From positions 1 through 64,000 of the forward strand of contig MEDY01000136.1 in the NCBI GenBank assembly GCA_001724265.1: 64,000 nucleotides of DNA, written 5' to 3'. This document shows positions 1 to 12,000 of this stretch, piece after piece. How positions within the stretch are numbered: position 1 is the stretch's first letter; every line of letters starts with the position of its first letter. The notes under the pieces were generated by a model, which made no database searches, was not told the origin of the DNA, and worked only from the letters and a program-made list of their open reading frames with translations. Source of the DNA: Rhizaria sp. SCN 62-66. Its lineage: Eukaryota. A program made the position numbers and the translations under genes.

Positions 1-1218
1 AAGTGCTGTTTATCGGGGATGGGGAGCCTGGCCGAGTGCCGCCACACCACAAACATGTGGGGGAAGAGGCTCAATCGGCCCAATTCGCGACCCCCGTGTG
101 ATGACCAGCAGAGACACTGGGTGGCAAAATGCTAAGGCAAACATGTACATGGACAACAGAGGAGACACAGAAGAGAATAACAAGAAGAAAAGATACGTGA
201 AATAGAAACGAAAAATAGCAAAAACATTGACAACTAACTCAAGTATTAAAAATACAAGCGAAAGCACGAAATTAAGACAATGGCAATCTCACAAGTGCAC
301 ATGGAGTCACAGTGACACCACACAAGCGTGTGGCGCGGGGTTGCGAAACTGTGAGAAGGAACCGTGATCGTGAATGTGACTGTGTACATTGGGTGGTGGC
401 GACTGCAAGAAAGATAAAATGAATGTTACTATGGCTATGGAACGACGTGAAGACAAACAATGTGACAAAGAAAGGTAAGCTCGTGACCAGCCACAAAAAG
501 TGGCTGTGATGACTGTCACAACTCCAATAAGCAAGTAGTAGGGATGACGTTCACAGCGTTCTACGTGAGAGGGGTGTGGTGTTATGTAGCGCAATGACTA
601 TAGAGTCGGAAGGCGCTGGAATCGATTGTGCTTACGCTCAATGAGTGAGGGGATAGAGAGTATTTTGAGAGCCTCTTCTGTACTCTGGAATTGATGATGC
701 TGAGTTGAAGTTGTTGGTTAGGTTGCAAGATCCAAAGAATGTACAGGCTTGCTAGGAGGGGTAGTACAAATTGTAGCAGTGGAAGGTCGGCCACAGCCCT
801 TGTGAGTCAAAGGTGAGCTGTGCGTCTGGAGATATGACTCAAGTCACGAGTGCGGATGTCCATGTCACGGCTGCTAGCTACTCAAGCTGTCGGGAGCCAA
901 ACAGCGCAAAAAAAGGCGTGGTGAGTGGGAACCGACAAGTGTGGTACTAAAGCGAGCCGAAAAGAAACATGAGACAAACAGACGAGTTATTTTAAATAAA
1001 AAAGCTAACAAGCATGTAAACATTGAGAAGAAATATGAACAGCATACATACATCACAAACAAAATGAATAGCGTTGGCAAGACATAAGCGCAACGACCAA
1101 ATAGAAGAGGAATAGAGGCTGCAATAATAACATGGCAACAGAAAGACTCAGGGAAATGTTAACTGCGACATGACACAGCGTTGTGCAACGACTCCTAGTG
1201 CGCAGTTAGGTCGTTTCC

Positions 1219-4200
1219 TTACTGTTGCTTGGTGCCGGCGCCCATGGGCGAGAGCGGGAATACAAATGCGCCGCCCTGCTGGCCCACGCCGGCGCCGGTA
1301 CTCGTGGTCATGGGTCCGCCGACCGTGTCGCGGCGCGTGCGCGCGTACCGGCTCGTCGTCGGCGTCTGCGCCACGCCCAGCCCGATCCCGGCGCCGATGC
1401 CGCTGCCGACGCCGCCGCCGCCGCTAGCGCTGGTGCCGAGCTGGTGGTGGCGCAGACTCATTCCCGACACGCCCACACCGCCCACGCCGCCGGTGGCGTT
1501 GTTGCCGCTGCCGATGACGCTGTTGCTGCCGGTGGCCGCGGCGGGCGTCAGCGTGGCCGGGCTTGGGCAGTTGTCGCCGCGGCTGCCGCTGTAACCCGCG
1601 CCGCCGGTGTTGCTTAGGTGCGAGCGCGTGAGCGACAGCGGGGACGCCAGCGCTGCGCCGTTGCCGCCAGGGTGCTGCGTGAGCATGGGCGTCATCGCCG
1701 GGTGGCTCGGCCGCGAGGGCGGCGTGCCGGGCACCGCGCCGCCGCTGAGCCCGCCGCCGGGCGTGCCGGGGACGGCCGACGCCGCGCCGGGGCTCTGGCC
1801 CTGCTGCTGCTGCATCTGCATCTGCATCTGTTGCTGTTGCTGTTGTGACTGCTGGGACTGGACGGCGGCCGTGGCGGCGGCGACGGTGTTGGGCAGCCTG
1901 CGCGGGGACGCGGTGCGGCTGGGCGTCACGGACCCGGTGCCGGAATACGCGGCGCTTGGGCCCAGGCTGAAGCGGCTGCGCATGGCAGCCGCGCTCCCGA
2001 CGCTGCCGGTGACGGGCGTGCCGCCGTTATCGGGCTGCGTGCCGTTGTTGGCGTTGTTGTTGCTGTTGCTCGAGAGCTGGAGCTGCAGCGACGTGATCGC
2101 GGTCGCGCGCCGGTCGCTGCCACCCGCAGCGGCGACGCTGGCGGTGCTGCTGGTGGGCGACGCGAGCGCGGCGGCCATCGCGGAGGCCGACATCTGCGTG
2201 CTTGCGCGGCGCGACATGGGCATCGTCACGCTCAGCCCCACGCTGTTGGTGTTGCTGCCGGCGTGGTAGTTGACCGGCGTGCCCGTGCGGCTGCCCGCGC
2301 GGCTGCCGCTGCCGGCGACGGCCGAGGCCGGCAGCAGCAGCGGGGACCCGCCCCCGCGCAGTGTCGGCGTGTTGGCGCCGCCGCCGCCGTGGAGGCCGGA
2401 GAAGTTGGCCACGCCGTTGCCGTTGGCGTTGGCCGGGCCGGTGTAGGCGGCGCCGGAGCCCAGCGGCTGGCCGGAGGGCGAGAGGCGCAAGCGCGTCACG
2501 TCGGCCGGCGCGCGCGCGGTCTGCAGCATCGGGGACCCGCGCGCGGCCGCCTGCTGCTGCTGCTGCTGCTGTTGCTGCGAGTGTTGTGCGAGCGCGGTGG
2601 CCAGAGACAACCCGCCGTTGGTGTTGGTAAGGTGGCCCGGCGGCAGCACGGGGCCTGTGCCGGAGCCGCGGCCGTTTCCGAGCCCGCTGCCGCTGCTGCT
2701 GGTGCTGCCGTCGTAGCTGGCGTTAAACGCGCCGCCCGCGCCGCTGGCGTTGGAGCCCGCGTGGTAGGTGTTTGTGCGCTTCATGCCGTGGCCCGGCACT
2801 GTGCTGGCGAACCCGCCGTTGGCGCCGCCCGCAGCGCCGCCCGCAGCGTTGAAGGCGAAGTTGCTGCTGCCGGTGTGGGAGTGCGTCGCCTGGAGCGGCC
2901 GCACCGCGAGCGGCCCGCTCACCGCGCTCGAGACCGCGCCGGGGCCGCCGGGGCTGCTGACACTCGTGCTCGCGCTCGCGCTGACGCTGGCGCTGGCGCT
3001 GCTGCCCGCGGCGGCCGCGGCGACGGCAGCCAGCCCCAGTCCCAGCCCGGTGTTAAGGCTCGGGCTGCGGCTATGACCGCCCGCTGCCGCGCTGCCGCGC
3101 ACGGCCGTGGTGGCCGCGGTCGAGGCCACAGAGGCGGCCACCGACGGCGACGCAGGGACCGGGACCGGCACGGGCACCGACTCGAGCCCCGTGACGCCGC
3201 TGCCGTCGCCACCCACGCCAGCCTGGCCGTGGCCGCCGCCGCTGCTGCCGCCGTGGCCGTGGCCCCCGGTGCTGACGTGCAGCTGGCGCCGGAGCCCGCC
3301 GCCGGCCGACGCGCCGCTGCCCGCATTGGGAATGCCGAAATCGCCGTCGCCAGAACCCGCGGTGGCGTGCGCGGCGGCGGCGTTGGCGGCCGTCAGCATC
3401 CCGGGCCTCGAGCCGGGACTGACCCCGCTCGTGCCAGCGCCAGCGGCCGCGGCGGCGGCGGCGCCGAGCCCTGCCCCGCCAAGGCTGGGGGGCGCGAAGG
3501 TGAAGTGGCTGGCGTTGGAGAAGCGGCGCGAGTGACCCGGGGACGCGCCCAGCGGCAGCGCGGGCGCCAGGCGCGGCGACCGCGGCGGGGATGGCGACGC
3601 AAGCGCGCTCCCGTCCCCGGCGCCCGCGCCAGTGGCGCTGTTGATGTTGTTGCCGTCAGCGACGCCCACGCTGGAGCCGGAAGAGGGCGCGAGACGGGCC
3701 GCGACGCGCGGGCTCTGTGCGCACTGCGGGCGCGCCGCCGCGGGGGGCGCCACGGCCACGGCGATCGACAGCGCACTCCCACCATTGACGCCAGCGCCAG
3801 CGCTAGCGGAAGCGTTGGAGGACGAGGGCGTGAGGGGGGCGGGTGCGAAGGACGAGGCGCGCTGCGGACGCAGCTGCGACGGCGGCGACGGCAGCAGCGG
3901 CGCCGCGGGGGCTGCGGGCACGTTCGCGGCCGCGCTAGCGCTGGTGCTGTTCGTGGTGCTGCTGCTTTGCTCCGGAGCGGGCGAGGCGGGCGGCAGCGGC
4001 GCGACAAACACGACGCCAGTGCTGGTATTGCCGCCAGCGCCGGCGGCGGCTGCGTTGCTGCTGGTGCCGGTGGCCGCAGGGGACTGCGGCGACGCGCCGC
4101 CGCTGCCGCCCGCCGGCTTCGCCACAGCAGCGGCAGCGGCGGCGGCGGCAGCGGCAGCATTGGACGGAATGGAGACCGGAGTGGGCCGGTTGCCTGCGGC

Positions 4201-7164
4201 CGAGGCGGGCAGCGCGGTCATAGTCGCCGTACGCACCAGCGGCCGCCCAGTGGGGGCGGTGGGCGTGGCGTTGCTGGCGGCGGTGAGCGCAGCGGAGGGC
4301 ACAGGCACGGACACGGGCAGCGGGGCGCGGCCCTGCGCCTGCGCCTGCGGTTTCGCGGCGGCCGCAGCGGCAGCGGCGGCGGGAGCAGCAGGGGCAGTGG
4401 CAGCAGCAGCAGCAGATGCGGGAAGCGGGGGAGCGGGGGCGGCGGTGGGTGCCGCGGCGGCCGCCACGCGCGCGCGGTGCGCCTCGAGGGCCGCGTTGGC
4501 AATCTTCTTGACGCGCATCTCCTGCGCGAACAGCCCCAGGTCGGACTTGGCCTTCGCCGCCGCGGCCGCCACTGCCGCAGCCGCCGCGGCGGTGGCCTCT
4601 TCCTTGGCGACGCGCTCAGCCTGGCGGTCGGCGACCTCCTGCAGCGCCAGTGCGGCGGGGTCGAAGCTGTCAAGCGACGCGCGCGTGAAGAACGGGTGGC
4701 GTGCGGCGACGTAGGGTGTCCACCGGCGGTCTGGGTCCCACTGCAACAGACCTTGCAGCAGGTGGATGAGCTTGGCGCGCGTCGAAGCCTCCTTCTCGCG
4801 CGCGGCGGGCGCCAGGCTCTTCTTGTACGGGTAGGACATAACCAGGTCGCGCAGCGTGAAACCCTTGAAGTAGAGCTTCATGGGTGTCGCCTGTGTGCGC
4901 GACTCGGCCGCGTATGCCGCGGCCGTCTTAAGCACCCACGGCGACGGCGCGCCCAGCGCGTCTTTGACGAGCGGCACGCCGGCGTCGTCGAGCGCCCACG
5001 GCGACGGCGGCAGCGCGCCCGCCTCGGGGGAGACGCCGCTGTGGGCCGCCGAGTCGGGGTTCGGCAGCGGCGCGTTGGCGGCCCCGGGCGGCGCGGCCTC
5101 GGAATGCAAGGCGACCGTAGCGGCAGTGCGGGGCGCGAAGTATTGCGCGCCCTGCTTGGAGCGCGCGAGCACGTGTGCCGGGGGCAGGCCGACGGTGTTG
5201 ACGATGCGGGCGACCTAAAACAGCAAAAGAACACAGTGATTAATATCGATATGCATGTGTTAGACTCCACTACTAAAAAAAATGACATCGAAACTTCTGA
5301 AGGCGTTTTGTGATAAATAGAAAAAGAGATAGTGAGTAAACAAAGCGTTGCGTACCTGGTTGTACTGCGAAGAGCCGGGGAAGAGCGGGAGCCCGAGGAA
5401 AAGCTCAGCCAGAATGCAGCCCAGCGACCACATGTCAATAGCGCAAGTGTATGGCCCGCCGAGGAGCACCTCAGGGGAGCGGTAGAAGCGCGACTGGATG
5501 TACGAGTACACGGTCTGTGACTGCAGACACGCGGAGCCGAAGTCGATGACCTTAATGTCGGCCGAGGTGAGGCGGCACAGCAGCACATTCTCGGGCTTGA
5601 GGTCGCAGTGGATGACCTGCGCCTCCTTGAGCGTCACCAGCGCCTCAAGCATCTGTCGCCCGAAGTTGCGGATCAGCTGCAGGTTGACACCGCGGAACTG
5701 GTTCTGCTTGATCAACTCGTACAAGTTGACAGAGAGCATCTCAAACACGAGACACAGGTGACCACGGTAGCTGAAGTACTCGACAAGACGCAGCAGATGG
5801 CGCTTGTCATCGGCATCGTATGTCTGGTTCAGCAGCCGTAGAAGCTTGATCTCAACCCAGGCCTGTGTGTAAAAGAGAGAAAAATAGAAAAGAGATCAAA
5901 TATTAGTGTGATATTTGATTACAATAAGTGATGTGAAATAAGATCGAGTTTTAATAACGTTTCAATAAGGAGGTGAATTATCTGCGAGTATCGCAAAGGC
6001 ACGTACTTGGTTCGTATAGGCTGGTTTGTTCTTGATGACCTTGACGGCGCGGATCTGCCTCGTCTCACAATCCTCGCACTTAACAACCTACACGCGCGTG
6101 AACAAGAGAAAAAGAAAAAGAAAAAGAACAAGGAGTGAGCAACAATAATACAGGAACTCATGAGTCATACCGAGACTGAGCTAAAACAAAAATGCACAAT
6201 TGCACGCCTATAAAAGTCTTCTTGATTGCATTGCGTGTCGACGTACTTGTCCGAAAGTGCCCTGTCCAAGCGTCTCCATGACGCGGTAGGCCTTGAACCG
6301 CCCCGAATCCGAGTGCAGAATGTCCCCCACGCACATAATGAGATTGCTGTTCACGTTGTCGTGCCCGTTGTTGCCCACGCGCGCCGAGGGCTCCGTCAGC
6401 ACGCGCCGCGGGTTCGCGCTGCGGTGGTAGTCGAACTGTGGGTTGACCTTCTTGTAGAGCGGCAGCAGCTGGCGCGTCATGACGACCGTGGCCGGCGCGT
6501 CGGACGACACCTTCTGCACGGACCACCGCACCGGAACCGGCGCCGCAGGGTCCACCGCCACCACGGGGCCGGCAACCACGGCGGCCGCGGCAGCCGCGGC
6601 CTCGGCCGCGCTGCCCCCCGACGCCGTCACGGCGGCCGAAGCGGTGGCAGCGGCGGCCGCGGTGGCCGCGGGCTGCCCCGGGTGCTGCTGCGGGCGCAGC
6701 GCTGCGACGCGCGTCTGCCGCAAGGTATCCAGGTCCAGCCCGGAAGCCTCGAGCGCGGCGGGCGCGAGAGAAGATGGCGGGAGCCCAGTGTTGCGGCACA
6801 TGTTGAGCTTAAACGCGTGCGGGGTGATGCGCGCGCGGCGGCCCGGGTCGGGGCCGAACACGGGCGCGGCGGCCTTGGCGGCGCTCGCGGGCGCCGCACT
6901 TGAACTAGAGCTCGAGCTAGAACCGGCCACGGCTGTCTTTGAACCAGAGGTGGCGGCAGCGGTAAATGCGGGCGGGGACGCGGCCGGAGGAGGAGGGATC
7001 GGCGGCGGCACGGGACCTCCCGCACCGTGGCTGGAGCTATTGCTGTTGCTGGTCGTGTGCATTGGCAACGAGCTGGCGCTTGAGACGGAAGCTGTAGCGG
7101 CAGCGAACGACGCCGAGGCGCCCGGAATCCCCGCGTTGTGCGCGGCGACGGCGGCGGTGCTCAT
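1219..7164 (-). CDS. YAK1: YAK1-type DYRK family dual-specificity protein kinase, 4 exons, ~1833 aa, with a very long low-complexity C-terminal tail
   Basis: Exons 7164-6247, 6087-6007, 5862-5356 and 5214-1219 join in frame through GT-AG introns. Motifs: LGQGTFGQVVKC, AVKVIKNKPAY, HCDLKPEN, DFGSAC, activation loop YSYIQSRFYRSPEV, and the YAK1-typical pre-kinase VLTEPS...HDNVNSNLI. Ends in TAA. The ATG at 7164 is assumed as start. Confidence 0.9.
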
Positions 7165-9024
7165 ATCAAATGGCGGGGCGGCGCGCGGCGGTGTCTGGGT
7201 GTGCTGATGAGGGTGAGGAGCGTCGCACACTCGCGGTGGAGAGCGAGACGGGAGCTGGGGTGTTGGCGCTGAGAGAGAGTCCTAGCGAGAGCACTCAAAC
7301 AGCTGGAAAACGTCGCAAAACAAGTGTGTTATGATACATAAATGATTATATGTGAGTTTTGTGACGTTATAAGCTTATAGGAGCGCAGGCGAGATGTGGG
7401 GACGAGAATAATGGCGGCAGGTCTGATGAAAAAGGGGGGCGGCGGTCATATCACTGAGAATGCGCAGGCACAAAGCGGAGCTTGTAGACAGAATGGGGCA
7501 ACAAATCGCTAGAACAGATAAAATAATAGCTGGCCAAGCGGAAACAATTGCGAGGCAGGCATGATTTGATCGGCTTTGGCAGCGAATAATTCGGTAATGG
7601 AAGGATGTCTCAAACCGGCCTTCAAGCGTCAGAGCAAAAGCAATATTTTGGTTTACTGTGACAACATGGGACAATTTAATGAAAATATAAGCTAGTTAAA
7701 CTACGTGAAAATATCATACTTTCCGTGCACAGCGATAACACAGACCCGTGCGCCGGTTGAATGCGACAAAGAAGGAGACGTCGTGTGAGAGGGGCGGCCC
7801 ATCGTCACACGCTCGCCGCCAACGGTAGACTGTGGCGGGAAATCAAAATAGATGTCGGCAGCCGTAGTTTGACGACTCAAACGGACTTGAGTTGTGCTAC
7901 AACATTTTTTGCTTATGTGGGTTTCTGGTTTTTATTTGAAATGTGCTATTGGTTTGGTTGAACCCTTTTTCCAGCACATCTCAGTACTCTGTGTCGACCG
8001 GAGTGCGCGGTTATGCGTTCTTTTAACGGCCCCGCTACGGCATTACACACGCAAGCTTCTGTGGTACCGTTCCGTGTGCCTGTCTGTTAAGCCAATGTTG
8101 TATCTATTTGATAGCTACATGTTGTCTGGTGAGCTTGCTGCACGTCGCCGCAGTCTGTAGTGCGCGCACGGTCCCGCCGCATGTTTATCGGCGCCCACAC
8201 GGTGCCCTCTCACACTTCTGGTACATGCAATACGGCGCCCGGCTCGAGGCACTAGTGCATCCTGATCTTCTACTGGATGCCACGGCGCACATAGTGCGCG
8301 CTGTTGTATGATCTTACGGTCCTATGTCACTGCGTTACCAAGGTGCGCACCCGTTGAAAGGTCTGGATTTAGTGTGGTCTTGAGAGTACCGCATCGTCGG
8401 AGAGTCATGCCGGAGCGGCATTCGCGCGCATTCGCAACGCTTTCGTGTCACAGTATGTTGTTGGGGTGATTCCTTGGACTAATGTTGATGTTGGCGACTG
8501 TTATGACAGGCTGTCCATTCTGTAATTGCATCTGTGGAGCAACACATCGATACCTGTAGCTATGCTTATTGGACGACTTGCGCATAACAAATCGACATAA
8601 GATTGAATATAACCGCATGACAGTAAGTTACCATCGAGTACATATATTACTTCTTGAAGATGAGTCTATTGGGCTAAAGCTGAGTGATATATCGCGAGAA
8701 AAGGGTTTGGCGCGCCATCCTCTTGCTTGATGGGCGAGGGCTGGCGCGCCTCGAGATTGACGGAGATTGTTCAATAAACACTACCCAATATCCGTCAATG
8801 CGAGATCTGGGGACTTGCCGTATTTGCATTTGCGTTTTTGTATTTGGACACTTAATTATATTTCTTAACCCATCAGCTGTTCTTTGGTGTTCATTGTTTT
8901 GTTTGCCCTAGCTTTCGTCGTTGCGGAAGAGTGCAAATCTCTGCAAAACCTTGTTCTAGAACCCACGCCCCTGTGACCGCACACACGTGGTTTGCTCTCC
9001 GTTGAGTACTCACCTGCCGGGCTG

Positions 9025-12000
9025 ATGGATTCGGTTGCCGGCAGTGGACCCGGCAACCTTAAGGCCCTCGCCGACCGCATTCTGTCCCTCGCTCTCACCG
9101 ACGTCCCTGTCACATCAACCCCTGCCGCTGCCGCCGCCACTGCAGACTGCGGACAGAAACCGACTCCACTGTGGCAGCGCGACATCCAACAAGCGGGCCA
9201 CCCCTCGCTTGCGGGCTTGCCGCGCGCCCTGGCGCTTGAAGCTGGCGCCCCAACCGCGCACAACCTCTTCGCCTGCGCAGCGACCACTGACGCTCACACT
9301 GCCCACCTTCACACGAGCCGTGTTGACAAAAGCTGCACACTGCACGAGCAGCAACAACGGCGCTGTGTGTATGGCCCCCCTGTACCTGGCGCGTTTGCGA
9401 TTTCTCTCGCGCCACCAAACTGCGCCAGCAGTACAAGTGCCAGTGTTGAAAGGTCAGGGTCCGAATCTAGCTCTAGCTTAAGCTCTAGCTCAAGCTCTAG
9501 CTCAAGCTCTAGCTCAAGCTCTAGCTCCAGCTCCAGCTCCAGCTCCAGCTCTGCAAGCGCTACTGTTGAGACTCCCGACGCTGGCGCTGAAACAGTGCAG
9601 CTGCACCCGTCGATGCTGCCGTTCATCTCGCCCTCGCACGGCGGGCTGCCCACTCTCGAGGCCTTCCGACGCGTGTGCGCTCTGCCCACAGACTCCGCGG
9701 GCGCGCGCGCGGGGGCCGGGAACGGCGCCGACGACGACGACGCCGGCAGCCGCCGCCGCGGGCGTGCCGTGCAGGCGCGTGTTCGCGTGGCCAAGGTCAA
9801 AGGAACGCGTCGGAAATTCCTGGGCAGCAGATCACATAGAAACGGCGGCAAGCACGGAAAATCACGCAGCGGTGCGGACACCAGTGCAACCGTTGCCGAT
9901 GTAGAGACGGACGCTGACTCCTCTAACGGGAGCAGTGATGGCGGCAGCAGCTACCGGGAGAGCAGTGGCAGCGACAGCGAGAGCGATCCCGACAGCGACG
10001 GCCACGGCCACGACGACGGTGACAGAGAGAATGGTGACAGCGAGAATTGTGACAGTGATGACGAAGACAGCCAACGGCATTTGTCGAAACCCAACTCTGC
10101 TTCAAACTCCGATCATGACGACAACGATGACAACGATGACGACGGTGAGGACGACGAAGACACTGCCAACAAACGCAGTCGTCCTCTCAACAACGCGGCT
10201 AGGACGGGTGCTGCCAACTCAGCACACGGTGCTCACAAACGTGCTCCAGCTAGGATCAGCGCGTCTGCCCTGCTCGCCGCGTCATTCGACTTCACGCCCA
10301 AGCACTCCCTCACATCGCGCCTCGGCGGCGACACCGCCAGCCGCGTCGCCACAACCGCTCGCGACGGTGCGTGCGCAGGAATGCGCCTGCTGCCGCCCGC
10401 GCGCTCGGCGCTGGGGTTGTTCGTCACCGCGTTTGCGCCCTGGGCCGCGGCAGCGCTCGCGGCGCACGCGTCCCGCGCGCACGCGCAGCTGGACCGCGCG
10501 TTGCACCGCGAGTTGGCCACGTTCGCGCAGCAGCAGCAGCAGCAGCAGCAGCGCAAGGATGACAACAGTGTGAGCAATAATACTGGTCATACCACTGATA
10601 GTGATATTCGCACTTGTGTTGAAAACCAGTCGCATCCGCGGCAGCGGCCTTTCCGTCATCAAGAGACCGTGAGCAAAGCGCCCGCGGCACCCGCACTGGT
10701 GACCGTGAGCACCGCACACGGTCTGCTCGCAGCCGCGGCGGGCGGCTCGCTGGCGGCGGCTGCTCGGCGCCACACAGCGGCCGAGCGCACTCTGGCGCTG
10801 GCGCTGCTTGCGGACTAGGCCGACGGCGACGGCGACGGGGACGGCACCAACGACAATAACAAGCACGATATTGACAGTGATGGTGTGGACGAAGATGGTC
10901 ATGGCGAAAGTGACCGTGGGCAGGGGCGGGAGCACGTGCGCCGCGCTGCCCGCAAGGCCGCTGCGGCCGCGACTGAGTGGCCCCACGTGCTCGGTGCCAG
11001 TCTCGTCGCCAACGCGGACGGCAGCGCTGACCGCAGCGGCAACAGGAACAGCGACACCTACACGGACGCTGCGGCTACGGCTGCGGCTGCAGCGCACGGT
11101 GACGGGGTGACTGTGAGTCTTGACTATGCGTTCCCGGGTCTGCTGCTGCCACCGGCGCTCAGCCCTACCGTCACAGTCCTCGCACCGACGCTGCCGCCGC
11201 CTCCGCAGCAACCGCAGTCGCAACAAGCACTAGATCTGGCGACAGCGGCATCTATAGTCTCGACAACACAGGCAGTAACGCGGGCAGGCTCAAAGAGTGC
11301 TCCCAAGAAAAGCACTGGCAATGACGACGACGATGACGACAACGCTGGCTCGGACGCTGACGCCGGCGCCGGCGCTGAGGCTGAGGCTGACGCAAAGCCC
11401 GCGAAAGCCAGCGCCGCCGCCGCCGCACTCCCGAAGAAACGTCCCCGAGGCCGGCCGCCGAAGCGCCGCCGCCCCGGCCGCCCGGCCGCCGCGGCCCCCG
11501 TGTCCGCGCCCGTCATTGTCACCGCCAACGCCGCCTCGCTGGGGGCATCCGCGTCCGCGCCCGCGCTTGCGGTTACCGCTGCGACGCCGCTGCAACAACA
11601 GCAGCGGCTTCTGCTGCAGCGCCAGCAGCACCGGCAGCGGCAGTGGCTGCTGCACTGCGCGTGGCGCCGCGGCGGCGACTGGGCCTGGGGAGCGGCCGAC
11701 GCGGGCTCCGCCGTCGGCAACCACAGTCAGGGCCATGGCCACGGCTCCGGCCACGGAGCGGGCACGGCGCCGGTGGGCGTGCGCGGGCTCGTGACGCCCC
11801 GGCTGGCGCGCGCGGCGCTGCTGCCGTTTCCCTTTGGCTGCGGGCCACACTCGGCCTCGGTCGCGGTGGCCGCGGGCACGCTCGCGCTGGCACGGGGGCC
11901 GGCGGCGGCGGGCGCCGGGCCGGTGTCTGCGGCGGCGCTGGTGGCAACGCTGCCGCTGAAGATCAAGACTAGGCTGCTGGCGATGCAACAGCAGCAGCAG

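Noticed and set aside
2263-5313. Long antisense and alternate-frame ORFs (e.g. 2263..5313+, 28374..30083+, 48753..50597+, 52345..54630-, 59073..60635-)
   Set aside because: These are shadow ORFs expected in very GC-rich coding DNA. They overlap well-supported genes and show no recognisable motifs.
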